Both the position numbers and the translations under genes were made by a program. A DNA stretch of 64,000 nt from Balanoglossus misakiensis (Eukaryota > Animalia > Hemichordata). A model generated the notes under the pieces. The model searched no databases. It was not told where the DNA came from and saw nothing but the letters and a program-made list of their open reading frames with translations. Positions 30,941 to 42,939 of this stretch are shown here, piece by piece. Position 1 is the first letter of the stretch. Each line of letters begins with the position of its first letter. Location: NCBI GenBank assembly GCA_040954595.2, contig CM082580.2:8224390-8288389 (forward strand). Reading direction: 5' to 3'.

Positions 30941-31849
30941 CTTGGAACTGAAAAACGAAAAGTGCTTATGTAAAGTCGGTCGCCTGTACTGTAATTGCGT
31001 TCAATCGCCTGTACTCTTGCGTTCAAAGACGATCAAGGACAGAGACAATTAGAGTGAGAAATAGTTGCGTTTTCTGGCCCAAAATTATACGATTGACGTG
31101 AAACAAAAACTAGATATAAGCTCTTATGACAGCAGAAAAAGTTGTCGTTTGCGAACGACTCTTTTCTAGGCCGCGCATACCTGAGCGTACACGAAAGTAA
31201 CAACCTGTTTACAATATAAAAACTAAGCCCAGTATGACCCCGCGGGTCTTAAAGAGTCGTATGTATAGGTCTTTGGAATGACCTCTCCACAGTTAAAATC
31301 CATTTTGTGGAGAGATTTGTATCGAATGTGACCGAATTGAGTTTACAGTCGAGTGTTAAAGTATAATTCGAAGGAGGAACTGGTATATAGTTTATGTACT
31401 ACAATAGTTCAAAAGGGAGGGAGAGCTCGAGGAAATGTTTGGCAAAACATAAGAATAAACGCCTGGTCCTTGTCTTACATTTAACAACAACCTGAAATTC
31501 TCATCTGAAACTTACCTTCAGCGGGAATACAGCTCTTATATGGCTTTAAAAAATACCTGCTTTCGTTTGAATTCTTCAAAACCGCCAAAAAGCTTCCGCG
31601 TGACGTTAGAATTTACCCAGATCTATAACATGGCGGATAGAATTATTCATAGTGGTTTGCCTGTGAAAGGGTATAATATATGTGACCGTTGCTACGGACG
31701 ACGTGTATTGAATTGCCCGTGGCTGTTGGCAACGGCGTACACTGTTCACGTCAGTCGGGGATGTATTAAATGGTAAATGGATTTGTTTCTCCTAAGATGA
31801 AAGGCTCGTGTTTCAAACCGTGTTTTTGTGTGTACAATAGTACTGTATG

Positions 31850-32091
31850 TACTGTATGTACTGTATGTATGTATGTATGTATGTATGTATGTATGTATGT
31901 ATGTATGTATGTATGTATGTATGTATGTATGTATGTATGTATGTATGTATGTATGTATGTATGTATGTATGTATGTATGTATGTATGTATGTATGTATGT
32001 ATGTATGTATGTATGTATGTATGTATGTATGTATGTATGTATGTAGGTATGTATGTATGTATGTATGTATGTATGTATGTATGTATGTATG

Positions 32092-32121
<30 letters not shown>
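31850..32121. repeat. (TATG)n microsatellite
   Basis: Direct inspection. Confidence 0.97.
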
Positions 32122-32122
<1 letters not shown>

Positions 32123-33316
32123 TATTTAATTACTACACTGACTTTTTATTGTTGTTGCGTGTACAGTATTATGTGTGAAATTATTTACTGTGGTCTTCCA
32201 TTGGCAGCCTTGACGTCGATATTAAAATTTACACGCGCGGATCGTCGACTATTGTGACCCCCGCGCTTGTTTAAGCGAAAGACCGTTTAACAATAGGCTG
32301 TGTTTCGAGACACTGGGTCGTTAACAAAGGCGAGTCGACCCCTCTCAGTGCAGGCTGTAGCAACACACGTATACACGATTGCCGGGTCGCCTTCGCTGCG
32401 ATACATTGAACCGCGAGCTCCACCTCCCGCAAGATTTGGAGAGAGGAATCTCGACAAGAACCCCAAGCCCTTTTATTGATCGTGTCGCCATGAACGCTCG
32501 TTGCAGCTAGCGGACCCCCAGTAGACGTCAATCTGAAGGTGAATAGCTAACTGCTCGGAGAATTTGGTAGGTCATGGTCTCAATATGGAATGCGTGTTTT
32601 TATTGCTGTGTAGGTCGCCCCATGGTTACTTTCAATCATTCAGTATCGCGATATTTGTGTCATGGATTCGGTGTGCGTATGGAACTATAATTTGAAACAG
32701 GTCAGCGGTGACACGTCTTGTCTTTAAGCTTACCTATCACTGTCAGCGACAGGCTCGGAAACGAGGAAGTTTCGTCAGAAAAAAATACTGTGTAAACACC
32801 ATAAAATTGAGAGAAAGGTGCATGGTTTCTCCCATAGCCCGGTGTTTGTAGGTTTTCCGCTTGAGAGTCCATGATGAGCGGAGAGGAGACCTCCGATGAT
32901 CTCGAATATGAACATTTATCCTTTCGCTTCTGAAGTGCCAAATATTTGGACTGTTATAATACCGAGGAATATTTCATGTACATGTATGTACAGTGTTCAA
33001 ACAACATTCTTAGAACTCGCAACAACGTCGTAGCGTTAAACTGGGGATTTATTCGGGAATGCAATTAAATGTTAAGTCGACACGTGACAGTGGGTCATAT
33101 ATTGCCAGCTGTATTCTCAAAGTATCCTTGGTTGATGCGCTCGAAGGGGAAGAAAGTGTGTGCGAATGGGCATGCGCAGCTTGAATTAGTGTCTCACTCT
33201 TTCCTTCTCTGTACAGGCAGACCTCATGGGTGCATGCTGCATCTGACTACAACCGCGCATTTCGCCCCTTCCTTGTACAGACTACAGCAGTGAGCAACAA
33301 CGCCACGACCAGCGCC

Positions 33317-36300
33317 ATGTTTTGCCTCTCGAATCGGTCGAGAGTAGACTCCATAATCAGCGTCAACGCATCAGAATGCGAGGTGCATTCCGACGGCTAT
33401 GACAACGCTCAGTTGTCTGTTGACGAAGATGAGTCCGTCATGGATGAGGGACAATCAAACCAACCGCTTGAGGTCACTGAAGTAAGTGTGCCAATATGAC
33501 CCTACTCTACTGACCAAAATCACTTCAAAATCTTAAATCATATATATATATGTCTGTCTGTCTGTCTTTCTGTCTGTCTGTTCTTGCTTGTATGTTTATC
33601 TCAATACCGTCTGGTATACTTTCTTGTGATGTTTCTTCAAATTGATCGACCACCTTCATCAACCACCCACTTTCTTTCGCCCCCTTTGTCAGCAGATTGC
33701 AGTTAACGCGTGATCTTTTTTGTTTCCCAGGAGTTGAGACTGAAGTTGTTCAAAGCATTGAAGAGAAACAGAGCAGAGTCCACCGAGACGATCTTAAAAA
33801 TGAGAGGCAAGATCAACCTCAACACCTTCTCGAGCGAATACTTACCAGATCTTTACTATCACGTGAGTATAATAGAGGGAATATTTAGAATTAAGGTGAA
33901 AGTGTTGAAATAACATATTAGTTGAATTTAATATCGGAACAATGATTTGTTAGTTTAATTTACTCTATGGCATTTATTTCCTATTATCAGGTCATTGCCA
34001 GTGACAAGTGTCCGCCATGGCTCAGACCGGTGGCCATCAAACTGAAAATGGTAAGAATGATCGAAACAGCTTTGCGTTAGAATTGGTTTTGACAAGTAGT
34101 GATACAAATCGATGGACATGTGTGAGTTGTTCTCCGGAAGTCCAGTTCAAGCGACGCCATTTTAGGTCATCCTCTTCGTGCATTGTTACGTCACAGAAAT
34201 ATAAAACACCACAACGAATCTAGCCCGGAGACCAGGGCGTCGATCTAGATCTTTTCCCCTACTACGCCCTGGTCTCCGGGCTACAACGAATCCTGTAGGG
34301 CCAATGTCACATCGTAGAATCAAACGTCACAAGATGCCACATCTCAGTAAAACGCCAATGAGACGTAAAACTACACAAAAAGTAACAACCTACAGAATCA
34401 TTCCATTTTCTCCCAATTTAGAATGCGTCCCAATCTACCAAGTCAGATGTAATGATGGTGTGCGTTGGTAACATTCTCTGCGATCTGCTTCCGGAACAAT
34501 ATCAAAACCGCCTTGAGCTCGGACCGCTGTATCTGTCTCCCCGGGAGATAGAAAAGGCGAATGTGGGTGAGTTGGTCTGATTTGTAGCCTTGTCGCCATT
34601 TCTGTCAAATTCTGGGATGGCTGTACACCTTTTTACGTGTTGCGGATAAGTGTAGGTTGTGTTATGTAAACCTCATTGTCTTTGCTTGACTACAGCTGGG
34701 TGTGCCGGGAGAGGCTGGTGTGGGCCGGACGATCTGCACAAGAGGGTGTACGGCACCAGGGATCTGTTCTATTGGGCGTTGCTATGCGACCGGCAGCGAT
34801 TGGCTGTGTCCATCTTCAGCAGTGGTTGGATTGAAAGCGACAGGTCCTCGCTGATCGGTAAGTTTTCGACGTGACGAGAATTTCAGTCATGGTCCAACCG
34901 CCACCATATGGTGCGGAGAGATTGTGATTTTGTCAAACTATAGTTTCAGATCTTTATTCTTTCCCGATGGAGGGACTGTGGCCTTGTCCGTATAGATGCG
35001 TGTGAACTTGCAGTCCGAACTGCGAACGCGTTTCGATTCTCTTCAGCGTGGCTCTTTGCTTCCTGATAGGAACGAGTCATCTTGTACACGAACACTTCTT
35101 TCTCTGCAGGTGCTTCGCTCAGTGCTGCGAAACTTCTCAATAAACTGGAAGACATGGTGCATGAAATTTCCAGTAAACATTCTTGCGACCTCAACGTCCA
35201 TGCCAGGTGAGTACGGCATTCAGGGTGCGAGATTCTTTCTTGAGACCAGCCTGGTTTGAAACAGCGTTTGCATGTACTAACATTTATATTCGCCATCTTT
35301 TTTCTCGTGATTTTGACCTGTCTCCAAAAAAACATTCTCGGCCAAGTTAATTTCTGACTAAAGGAGTTGCTGTCTTTTTTCTGTAATAAAAGGAAATACA
35401 AGTCCATCGCTAATTACGTCATGTCGGAATGCTTCGAAGAGGATCGGAAAAAGACCCGCCAAATGGTTTTGAAGAATCGTCCCCAGTGGGGGAATGAAAG
35501 CTTTCTGGTGATATCCAGTTACTTGGAGGGCAAGGAATCCGAAAGCTTCCGAATCGTTTTGAACGACTTGTGGACTGGCAAGTTGGAGGATTCAAAATAC
35601 CTCACGTTAAAGGTGAATGAATATTCATTGTCGCCTTGGAAACGCATAAACCCGCGCTCTCCGTATTCCTTTGAACCCTATCGGACGGAAGGGCAGTTAT
35701 GCAGCTTTGAAAAGCGACAGAATCTCATGACGCACCATGTTCCCGTTACTAAATTTTGCTCTATCATTTCACCCAGGTTGAATTGTCCTATGCAACATGT
35801 ATAACCCCTCGTCGTAGTGTGCATTATACCAAGTCCTAGGCCTGTATAAATTATCACCAGAGGAAAAATCTCTAACATTTAGTTATATTTTATAATTCTC
35901 CACATGGTAATACCCGGAGTTTGCATGGACATTGCCTTACTTCAAAGGTGAACATTCTTCATTAACAATACTGACGCTCGTTGTTTATTTTCAGCTATTT
36001 CTTTGCATTGTGCCAATTTTTGCATTTCTACTGAAAGTGCCTGAAGTCCACCGTCTTAACTTACCGGCGAAATTGAGGGCATATTATACGTCACCGGCGA
36101 CGAAGTTCATGCTGAATTTCGTAAGTAAAAAGAGAGAGGGGAGGAGGGCGGGGAGGGGGAGAAGGAGGGAGGGAGAGAGAGAGAGTTCAAACGGCTTGGT
36201 TCAACTGTTTGCGTTAATTAAAGGCTTCGGGAAGTAAATGTTATGGCGTTCGCTTCATTCTCCTTTTCAGCTTTCCTATGGATTCCACATCCTGACTTTC

Positions 36301-39300
36301 AGTCACTTCTTGTTGACGGATTTCAAACCCGTTGACAACTGGCTGGACATTTCCATCTGGGAGAAGTTGGTCATCGTCTGGGTGTTTGGTATGGCCATGG
36401 AAGAAATTCGACAAGTACGTATGCATCTCAAGGCAACTTAAGATTGTTCTCTCTTAAAACCGAGAGTCAAATCTTCTGTAATTTCAGTTAATTCAAAATG
36501 TCCACCACTCCCTGTGTTAACACTATATGGAGATGATACTATAGAATATGATGCTTGCAAGCACGGCCCCTCTATTACAGAGGAACTGTGTTTCAAGTAG
36601 AGGTGAACTATTATTGTACAGGTAGTCACCGAGCACCCTCTTTCTGTTTAGTTGACAGAGTTCGGCGCAATCGGTCCCGTTCAGATCATGTTGAACCTTG
36701 TGGAGTACTACATCTCCAACTGGAACAGCATCGACTGGGTCATGATGTGGACCTTCTACATCGGCCTGATACTCAGGTTCACACTCAGCGCCCAACTCTT
36801 CTACATCGCGAGGATATTCTACTGCGTCTCGCTGCTTCTGATGTACACCCGCTTCCTGCAGTGCGCCACCATCTGGGAGTATCTGGGACCCAAAGTCAGC
36901 ATGATAAAACTCATGATGGTAAGCCTGGTTGCGATTGGGCGCGTGCTCAACTATACACCATCTCTTGCAGATGATTTCAATGAATGTATAATAGTACATG
37001 TATTTTGTGTTATATTATAAGAATATGTTAAAGGGCATTAATTTTGGCTATTTTGGTTTCTTGTCATTAGTTTTTGGTCAGGACCAGAAATTATACTGTG
37101 GACGTGTTCCTCATGTTATACGTGTGTACAGTGTGCTGGTTGATGAGTAGTGTTATGTCTGGTGTCCCTCCTGCGTTTAGCAAATCATGTCAAAGCATGT
37201 TCAAAACCTGTGGTGGCTGTAGCTGAGCATGTCTTCACGATGATATTTCATTCCCGTGACAGTGCTCACTTTGAATCACCCACTTGTTTTCTTTTATTAA
37301 CCACAGACGCGAGACTTGCCGCCATTTCTCATCGTATTCTTCGCTTTCTTCACGAGTTTTGGTGTCGTCTACCACGCGCTGCTTTACCCGAACGACTTGC
37401 TGACGTCGGAGATGGTGGCAGAGGTGTTGGCCTTGCCGTACTGGCAGCTTTACGGCGAGCTACAATTGGATACAGTCGAAGGTATGTACAGGTGGCGTAG
37501 GTATTAGCATATGGAAGCTTTTGATATGTGACGTCAATCAGTGGGCGGAGCTCAAATGCAAATATAGCGTACGAACCAATAGAATATGGTCCGAAACATA
37601 TAATATTTAAAGCCTAATCACTCCGCTCAAGAATATTGCCTATTGTTAAGGATTGGGAAGCTCGCATTGTTGAAGGCATATCCTGAGTGAAGTGCAGGCC
37701 AACAAACCAACGGAAAAAAAGGGGGGGGCGGGTGGGCGGGCGGGCGGGCGGGTGGGGAAATTGCCCCTTACAACTAGTGCCTATCCGTCCAACATTCCCT
37801 TTGGCCCTCTACCTTAAGGCCATTTCTTACCCTCTATCCTTTGTTATATTCCTTGTAGCTTCTGCCCTTCCCTGTGCGAGGAAATGACACAGAGTCTTCT
37901 GCCCTGTTCTTCTTTTATACCTTTGTCATTCTTATGAATATTAATGAGATAACACCTGGCGGAATATTATCGCTACGTGATTAGGTTTTGAATAATATAA
38001 TATTTAAAGCCTAATCACTCCGCTCAAGAATATTGCCTATTGTTAAGGATTGGGAAGCTCGCATTGTTTCCGGCTATCCCCACCTCAGTGAAGGTCCTAC
38101 CAGGTATCATAATTTCCCACACTCACACCTCTCATCTCCCAATCCTAACATACATTCCCCCTTTCCTAAATATCCCCAAACCTCAATGACCTGGTCCCTG
38201 TCTAGGGGCGCCCTCTATGTCCCCCAGGAGTATTGTTCTCTTACGCCAACTCCAATTCCCATGCTGGGATGTTCAACTGGAAAGAAACGATTCACACTAT
38301 GATACCTCAAAAAATAAAGCATTTATGACCGTTTTGACTTCTTTTTTTTAAGAGGGCACCCCCAGACAGGAACCTGCGAATGGCAGGGAGCCGAAAAGGC
38401 AAGGGCTTAAAGAGTCGCCCCCCTGTCTGAGGATCCGGGAATGTCAACAAAATACCACATTATTCAAAGAATAACACATCAAGTGACTGGAATAACCGTA
38501 ATGCGATTTACTCTATATCTACCATAAGGGGAATATTGACGATCAGGCTTCATTGTATTACGAGTAAATTTTTCAACTTTAGCTGCAATTTCCTCCTCCT
38601 CCTTATTGCCCAAAAGTAACAAAATGAATTGGCCAGCATCTTGACCAAACTCATTAGTTTCAAACTGGGCTAGCACGGCCCTATCTAGTAAGCTTAGGAT
38701 GAGCGGTTTTCGTGGCACGATCAACAAGAACACGAAGAGCATTCAGCAGCTGTGGTCGTATGTTCCACTCTCCCGACGTGGCAATCTCCATAACCTTTTG
38801 ATGCGCGTCTGCTACAGAGTTGTTGTCTGCCATTTGCTGCAACTCATCCAATTTTTTCTGCATCACCTGCAGTTGTTGCTTCACCTGCAACAGAAAACAC
38901 ATTCTTACCAATTTGCATGGTACATATTGTTTCCCCCACATTATGTAACACGACCCACTTCGGGCTCTGTCATTTGTGAAGCAAGTCTAAACCTCCAAGG
39001 CGTAGAACTAAGTACACCTATATTTTCCATACCTTTACGCCTTGACTCGCGTAAGGTGTAATTCTCACATACTTTAACGCCTTGACTCGCGTAAAGTTTT
39101 TTTATGAATACCATTACGCCTTGACTCGCGTAAGGTGTAATTCTCACATACTTTAACGCCTTGACTCGCGTAAAGTTTTTTTTATGAATACCATTACGCC
39201 TTGACTCGCGTAAGGTGTAATTCTCACATTCTTTAACGCCTTGACTCGCGTAAAGTTTTTTTTATGAATACCATTACGCCTTGACTCGCGTAAGGTGTAA

Positions 39301-40149
39301 TTCTCACATTCTTTAACGCCTTGACTCGCGTAAAGTTTTTTTATGAATACCATTACGCCTTGACTCGCGTAAGGTGTAATTCTCACATACTTTAACGCCT
39401 TGACTCGCGTAAAGTTTTTTTATGAATACCATTACGCCTTGACTCACTTAAGGTGTAATTCTCACATACTTTAACGCCTTGACTCGCGTAAAGTTTTTTT
39501 TTTTTTTTTATGAATACCATTACGCCTTGACTCGCGTAAGGTGTAATTCTCACATACTTTAACGCCTTGACTCGCGTAAAGTTTTTTTTTTTTTATGAAT
39601 ACCATTACGCCTTGACTCGCGTAAGGTGTAATTCTCACATACTTTAACGCCTTGACTCGCGTAAAGTTTTTTTTATGAATACCATTACGCCTTGACTCGC
39701 GTAAGGTGTAATTCTCACATACTTTAACGCCTTGACTCGCGTAAAGTTTTTTTATGAATACCATTACGCCTTGACTCGCGTAAGGTGTAATTCTCACATA
39801 CTTTAACGCCTTGACTCGCGTAAAGTTTTTTTTATGAATACCATTACGCCTTGACTCGCGTAAGGTGTAATTCTCACATTCTTTAACGCCTTGACTCGCG
39901 TAAAGTTTTTTTATGAATACCATTACGCCTTGACTCGCGTAAGGTGTAATTCTCACATACTTTAACGCCTTGACTCGCGTAAAGTTTTTTTATGAATACC
40001 ATTACGCCTTGACTCACTTAAGGTGTAATTCTCACATACTTTAACGCCTTGACTCGCGTAAAGTTTTTTTTTTTTTTTTATGAATACCATTACGCCTTGA
40101 CTCGCGTAAGGTGTAATTCTCACATACTTTAACGCCTTGACTCGCGTAA

Positions 40150-40184
<35 letters not shown>

Positions 40185-40441
40185 AATACCATTACGCCTT
40201 GACTCGCGTAAGGTGTAATTCTCACATACTTTAACGCCTTGACTCGCGTAAAGTTTTTTTTTTTTTTTTTTTTTTTTATGAATACCATTACGCCTTGACT
40301 CGCGTAAGGTGTAATTCTCACATACTTTAACGCCTTGACTCGCGTAAAGTTTTTTTTTTTTTTTTTTTTTTATGAATACCATTACGCCTTGACTCGCGTA
40401 AGGTGTAATTCTCACATACTTTAACGCCTTGACTCGCGTAA

Positions 40442-40480
<39 letters not shown>

Positions 40481-41618
40481 AATACCATTACGCCTTGACT
40501 CGCGTAAGGTGTAATTCTCACATACTTTAACGCCTTGACTCGCGTAAAGTTTTTTTTTTATGAATAAAATTACGCCTTGACTCGCGTAAGGTGTAATTCT
40601 CACACACTTTCACGCCTTGACTCGCGTAAAGTTTCGTATACAAGCCTTAACTCCATTTACTATGTCTCCCACACCTGGTCGCCCACAAAGATAAATAAAA
40701 CGATTAGCATACTAAGTAGGTCTTCAAAGTAAAAGGACTTGTAGGTGGCAACCACCAATATCATCTACACGAGACTATGAAGTTTCCAAGCTCATAGAAA
40801 TGCCACGACGAAGACGACAAGGAATAAAACCGACCTGCACCAAAAGTAACTCTGGGCTGCAAACAGAACGCACCTGTATGTCATGATGTTGACTATCTTG
40901 AGCCTCCGAAGGGGCTTCCAAAGGCTGAATAGCTTGTTCACCACTTGTACTTGCAGTAGTTGACCCCGTCGAAAGACTGGCAGGTAGGTGACGTTCTGGT
41001 CTGGCAGGTCTACCAGGACGATGGGCGTCGACAAAAGCTTGTGCGATATCAGAATCAGTGGCCGTTCCCCGAGTTGGCTGCCGAACTTCGTGAGGCAGCG
41101 TCTACAGCTACGTTGGAAGTGGTTTTCTGAGCAGCTACGTCTTGTCTCGAAGCCATGTTCTATACCGGTGGAGACTGCCCTGACTGTGCGAGGAAATGAC
41201 ACAGAGTCTTCTGCCCTGTTCTTCTTTTATACCTTTGTCATTCTTATGAATATTAATGAGATAACACCTGGCGGAATATTATCGCTACGTGATTAGGTTT
41301 TGAATATACTAGTATTTTCCATCGAGTAGCCGAGTGACCATGTTCTATTCCACGATACATTCCCGTTCAGGTAAAGCGGAGACAGGCTGCACGCGGAATG
41401 TCACAGTTGCCAGGAGTAACCCTGATATTCAACGGTGCCCGGAGACCGAGGACTACCCTTGGCTAGTACCGACGCTAACAGGGATCTACATGCTGGTCTC
41501 CAATATCTTACTTCTCAATCTTCTCATCGCCGTATTCAAGTAGGTTACTCCTCTTCTCGAGTTCATGAAGCTCCCGTGTTTATATACGGGAGCTAATGTT
41601 TTACCGATTTCTACCTGT

Positions 41619-41674
<56 letters not shown>

Positions 41675-42939
41675 ATGCCTAGTCTGTGTGTGTCATCATG
41701 TGATAATATTGAGTATAGATGATATGACCAGATTAGATTTATTTCCAACTATTTTTCAGTCAAACATATTCCTCGGTGGAACAAGAATCGTCCAAAATTC
41801 ACCGTTACAACCAGTATGGTCTCGTTGAGGAGTACCTGGCCAGACCCATAATGCCCCCGCCACTGAACATCCTGGAACTGTTGATACTGCGCCCCCTGGC
41901 GGCGCTCCTGGTTTCCTGTCACTGGCGCTGTCACAAGCAAGGCTATCGATGCAGACCGCATTTCTGCAATCTCTTCAAGTTGCTGGTTATGGAGAAAGAG
42001 GTCGATCCGGATTTGTGGGAGCGTTGCAGTGCCGGTAAGTTGTCTGCGCCGCGGTGTGCCATAGAAGAACTTCGACAAGAGAGCTTAGATCATGTTGGTG
42101 TTGTATTTGAGAAAGCATTTCTTGTTGTCTCATTTTCACGAAATATTCGTGTAATCTTTTCCCGTCAATGTGTAAACAGGTCCTCGGTGTTTCAAATACG
42201 ACCAGACTGTGAAAGAGTTTATCGAGATGCAGCAAGAGGACCTCGATGAAAGTGCACGTGATTCTACGACATCGGCAGCGAAGAAGCCGACATCCGGGTA
42301 AGAAAGAAAGATGGCGTCGGGGGGGGGGGGGGGGGCAGCCAAACATGATATAGACGAAAACCGAAAAACGGCAGATAGTTGTCCGTATTAAAACCAATGC
42401 AGGTACAGGTATTATGTTCAAACCGTTCCTGCATTAAATGGGCAAATCCACATTTATTCGGTCTAGCCAAAATTAATCTACATTTGCAGTAATCTAATTT
42501 TCAGATGAATTCTCTACATTTCAGTGACGAGAAGTTGTTCACCCAAATGGTGGAATTTCACCAGAAGATCCAGCAAACGGAGGAGAAAATAGAGTTGCTA
42601 CAAGACAGCATAGACAACTTGGAGCAGAAAATGGTGGAGAAGATCGTCAACAGCCAGAGTCAAATACTTTCGCGCATGCTCAGTGACTACGCGGAGAAGC
42701 ACGAGAAACAGATCGGTGCGCTGAACCGGACTATATCGATGACGTCACAAAGGTCCCAGGAGCTGCCGGAACAAGGCGGAGAGATCCTATCTCAGCTGAG
42801 CGACCTGAAGGCGACCACGACATACGCGTGGACGAAACTGACCAACTCGGTGAAGAAGAACAGGCGGCTCCTGAAGGGGGTGGTCGAGGAGAGGGCGGCC
42901 GGGAATGTCGACGGAGGAGAGGGTGCCGAGGACGAGTAA
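33317..42939 (+). CDS. TRPM-like cation channel with short N-terminus (~889 aa from ATG 33317; start uncertain)
   Basis: Exons 33317-33481, 33731-33862, 33991-34050, 34422-34566, 34696-34857, 35110-35206, 35393-35612, 35995-36120, 36271-36414, 36652-36918, 37307-37481, 41371-41539, 41760-42034, 42180-42297, 42525-42939 join in phase. Motifs RDLFYWALL, YYTSPATKF, EEIRQ, WNSIDW, YLGPKVSMI, PYWQLYGEL, NILLLNLLIAVF, RPIMPPPL and a C-terminal coiled coil. Confidence 0.9.
34221..34283. mobile_element. 63-bp hairpin micro-MITE in a TRPM intron
   Basis: Perfect 20-bp TIRs TAGCCCGGAGACCAGGGCGT/ACGCCCTGGTCTCCGGGCTA with a 9-bp TSD CAACGAATC (34212-34220, 34284-34292). Confidence 0.88.
38512..41156 (-). 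pseudogene. Spliced, frameshifted ORF inside the split-repeat element (possible gag/ORF1-like)
   Basis: ATG at 41156; exon ending 40874 (..DSQHHDIQ|gtgcgt); acceptor ttgcag| at 38884 (VKQQLQVMQKKLDELQQ..), phase 0. One frameshift is needed in each exon (~41080 and ~38682). Confidence 0.5.
39036..40633. repeat. Minisatellite, ~19 units of ~79 bp plus a variable poly(T) tract
   Basis: Unit tacgccttgactcgcgtaaggtgtaattctcacatactttaacgccttgactcgcgtaaag(T)natgaataccat; each unit contains ACGCCTTGACTCGCGTAA twice. Confidence 0.97.
41616..41673. repeat. (TG)n microsatellite
   Basis: Direct inspection. Confidence 0.95.

Larger units (their letters stand above)
37598..41306 (-). mobile_element. Non-autonomous split-direct-repeat element (TOC1/PAT/Ngaro-type tyrosine-recombinase retrotransposon architecture)
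   Basis: Exact 123-bp repeat A at 41184-41306 and 37872-37994; exact 74-bp repeat B at 37995-38068 and 37598-37671. The minus-strand order is A1-body-B1A2-200 bp spacer-B2. No long TSD; no RT or recombinase ORF seen. Confidence 0.85.

Noticed and set aside
31770-32129. MYVC/YIHT repeat ORFs (also 53137-53675) and SIYL/HT runs near 29600 and 26750
   Set aside because: Microsatellite translations.
32208-32940. Additional upstream TRPM coding exons
   Set aside because: The candidate acceptors I tested led to early stops in all frames; probably UTR or intron.
38941-40603. MRITPYASQG... ORFs with poly-Lys
   Set aside because: Translation artefacts of the tandem array.
39036-40633. CRISPR-like appearance (18-bp partly palindromic repeat with spacers)
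   Set aside because: The spacers are two alternating near-identical sequences, no cas genes are present and the context is a eukaryotic intron; it is a minisatellite.
37598-41306. Classical LTR retrotransposon or simple tandem duplication
   Set aside because: The two ends are different sequences, there are no TG...CA termini and no 4-6-bp TSD; the interleaved A/B order fits split direct repeats.
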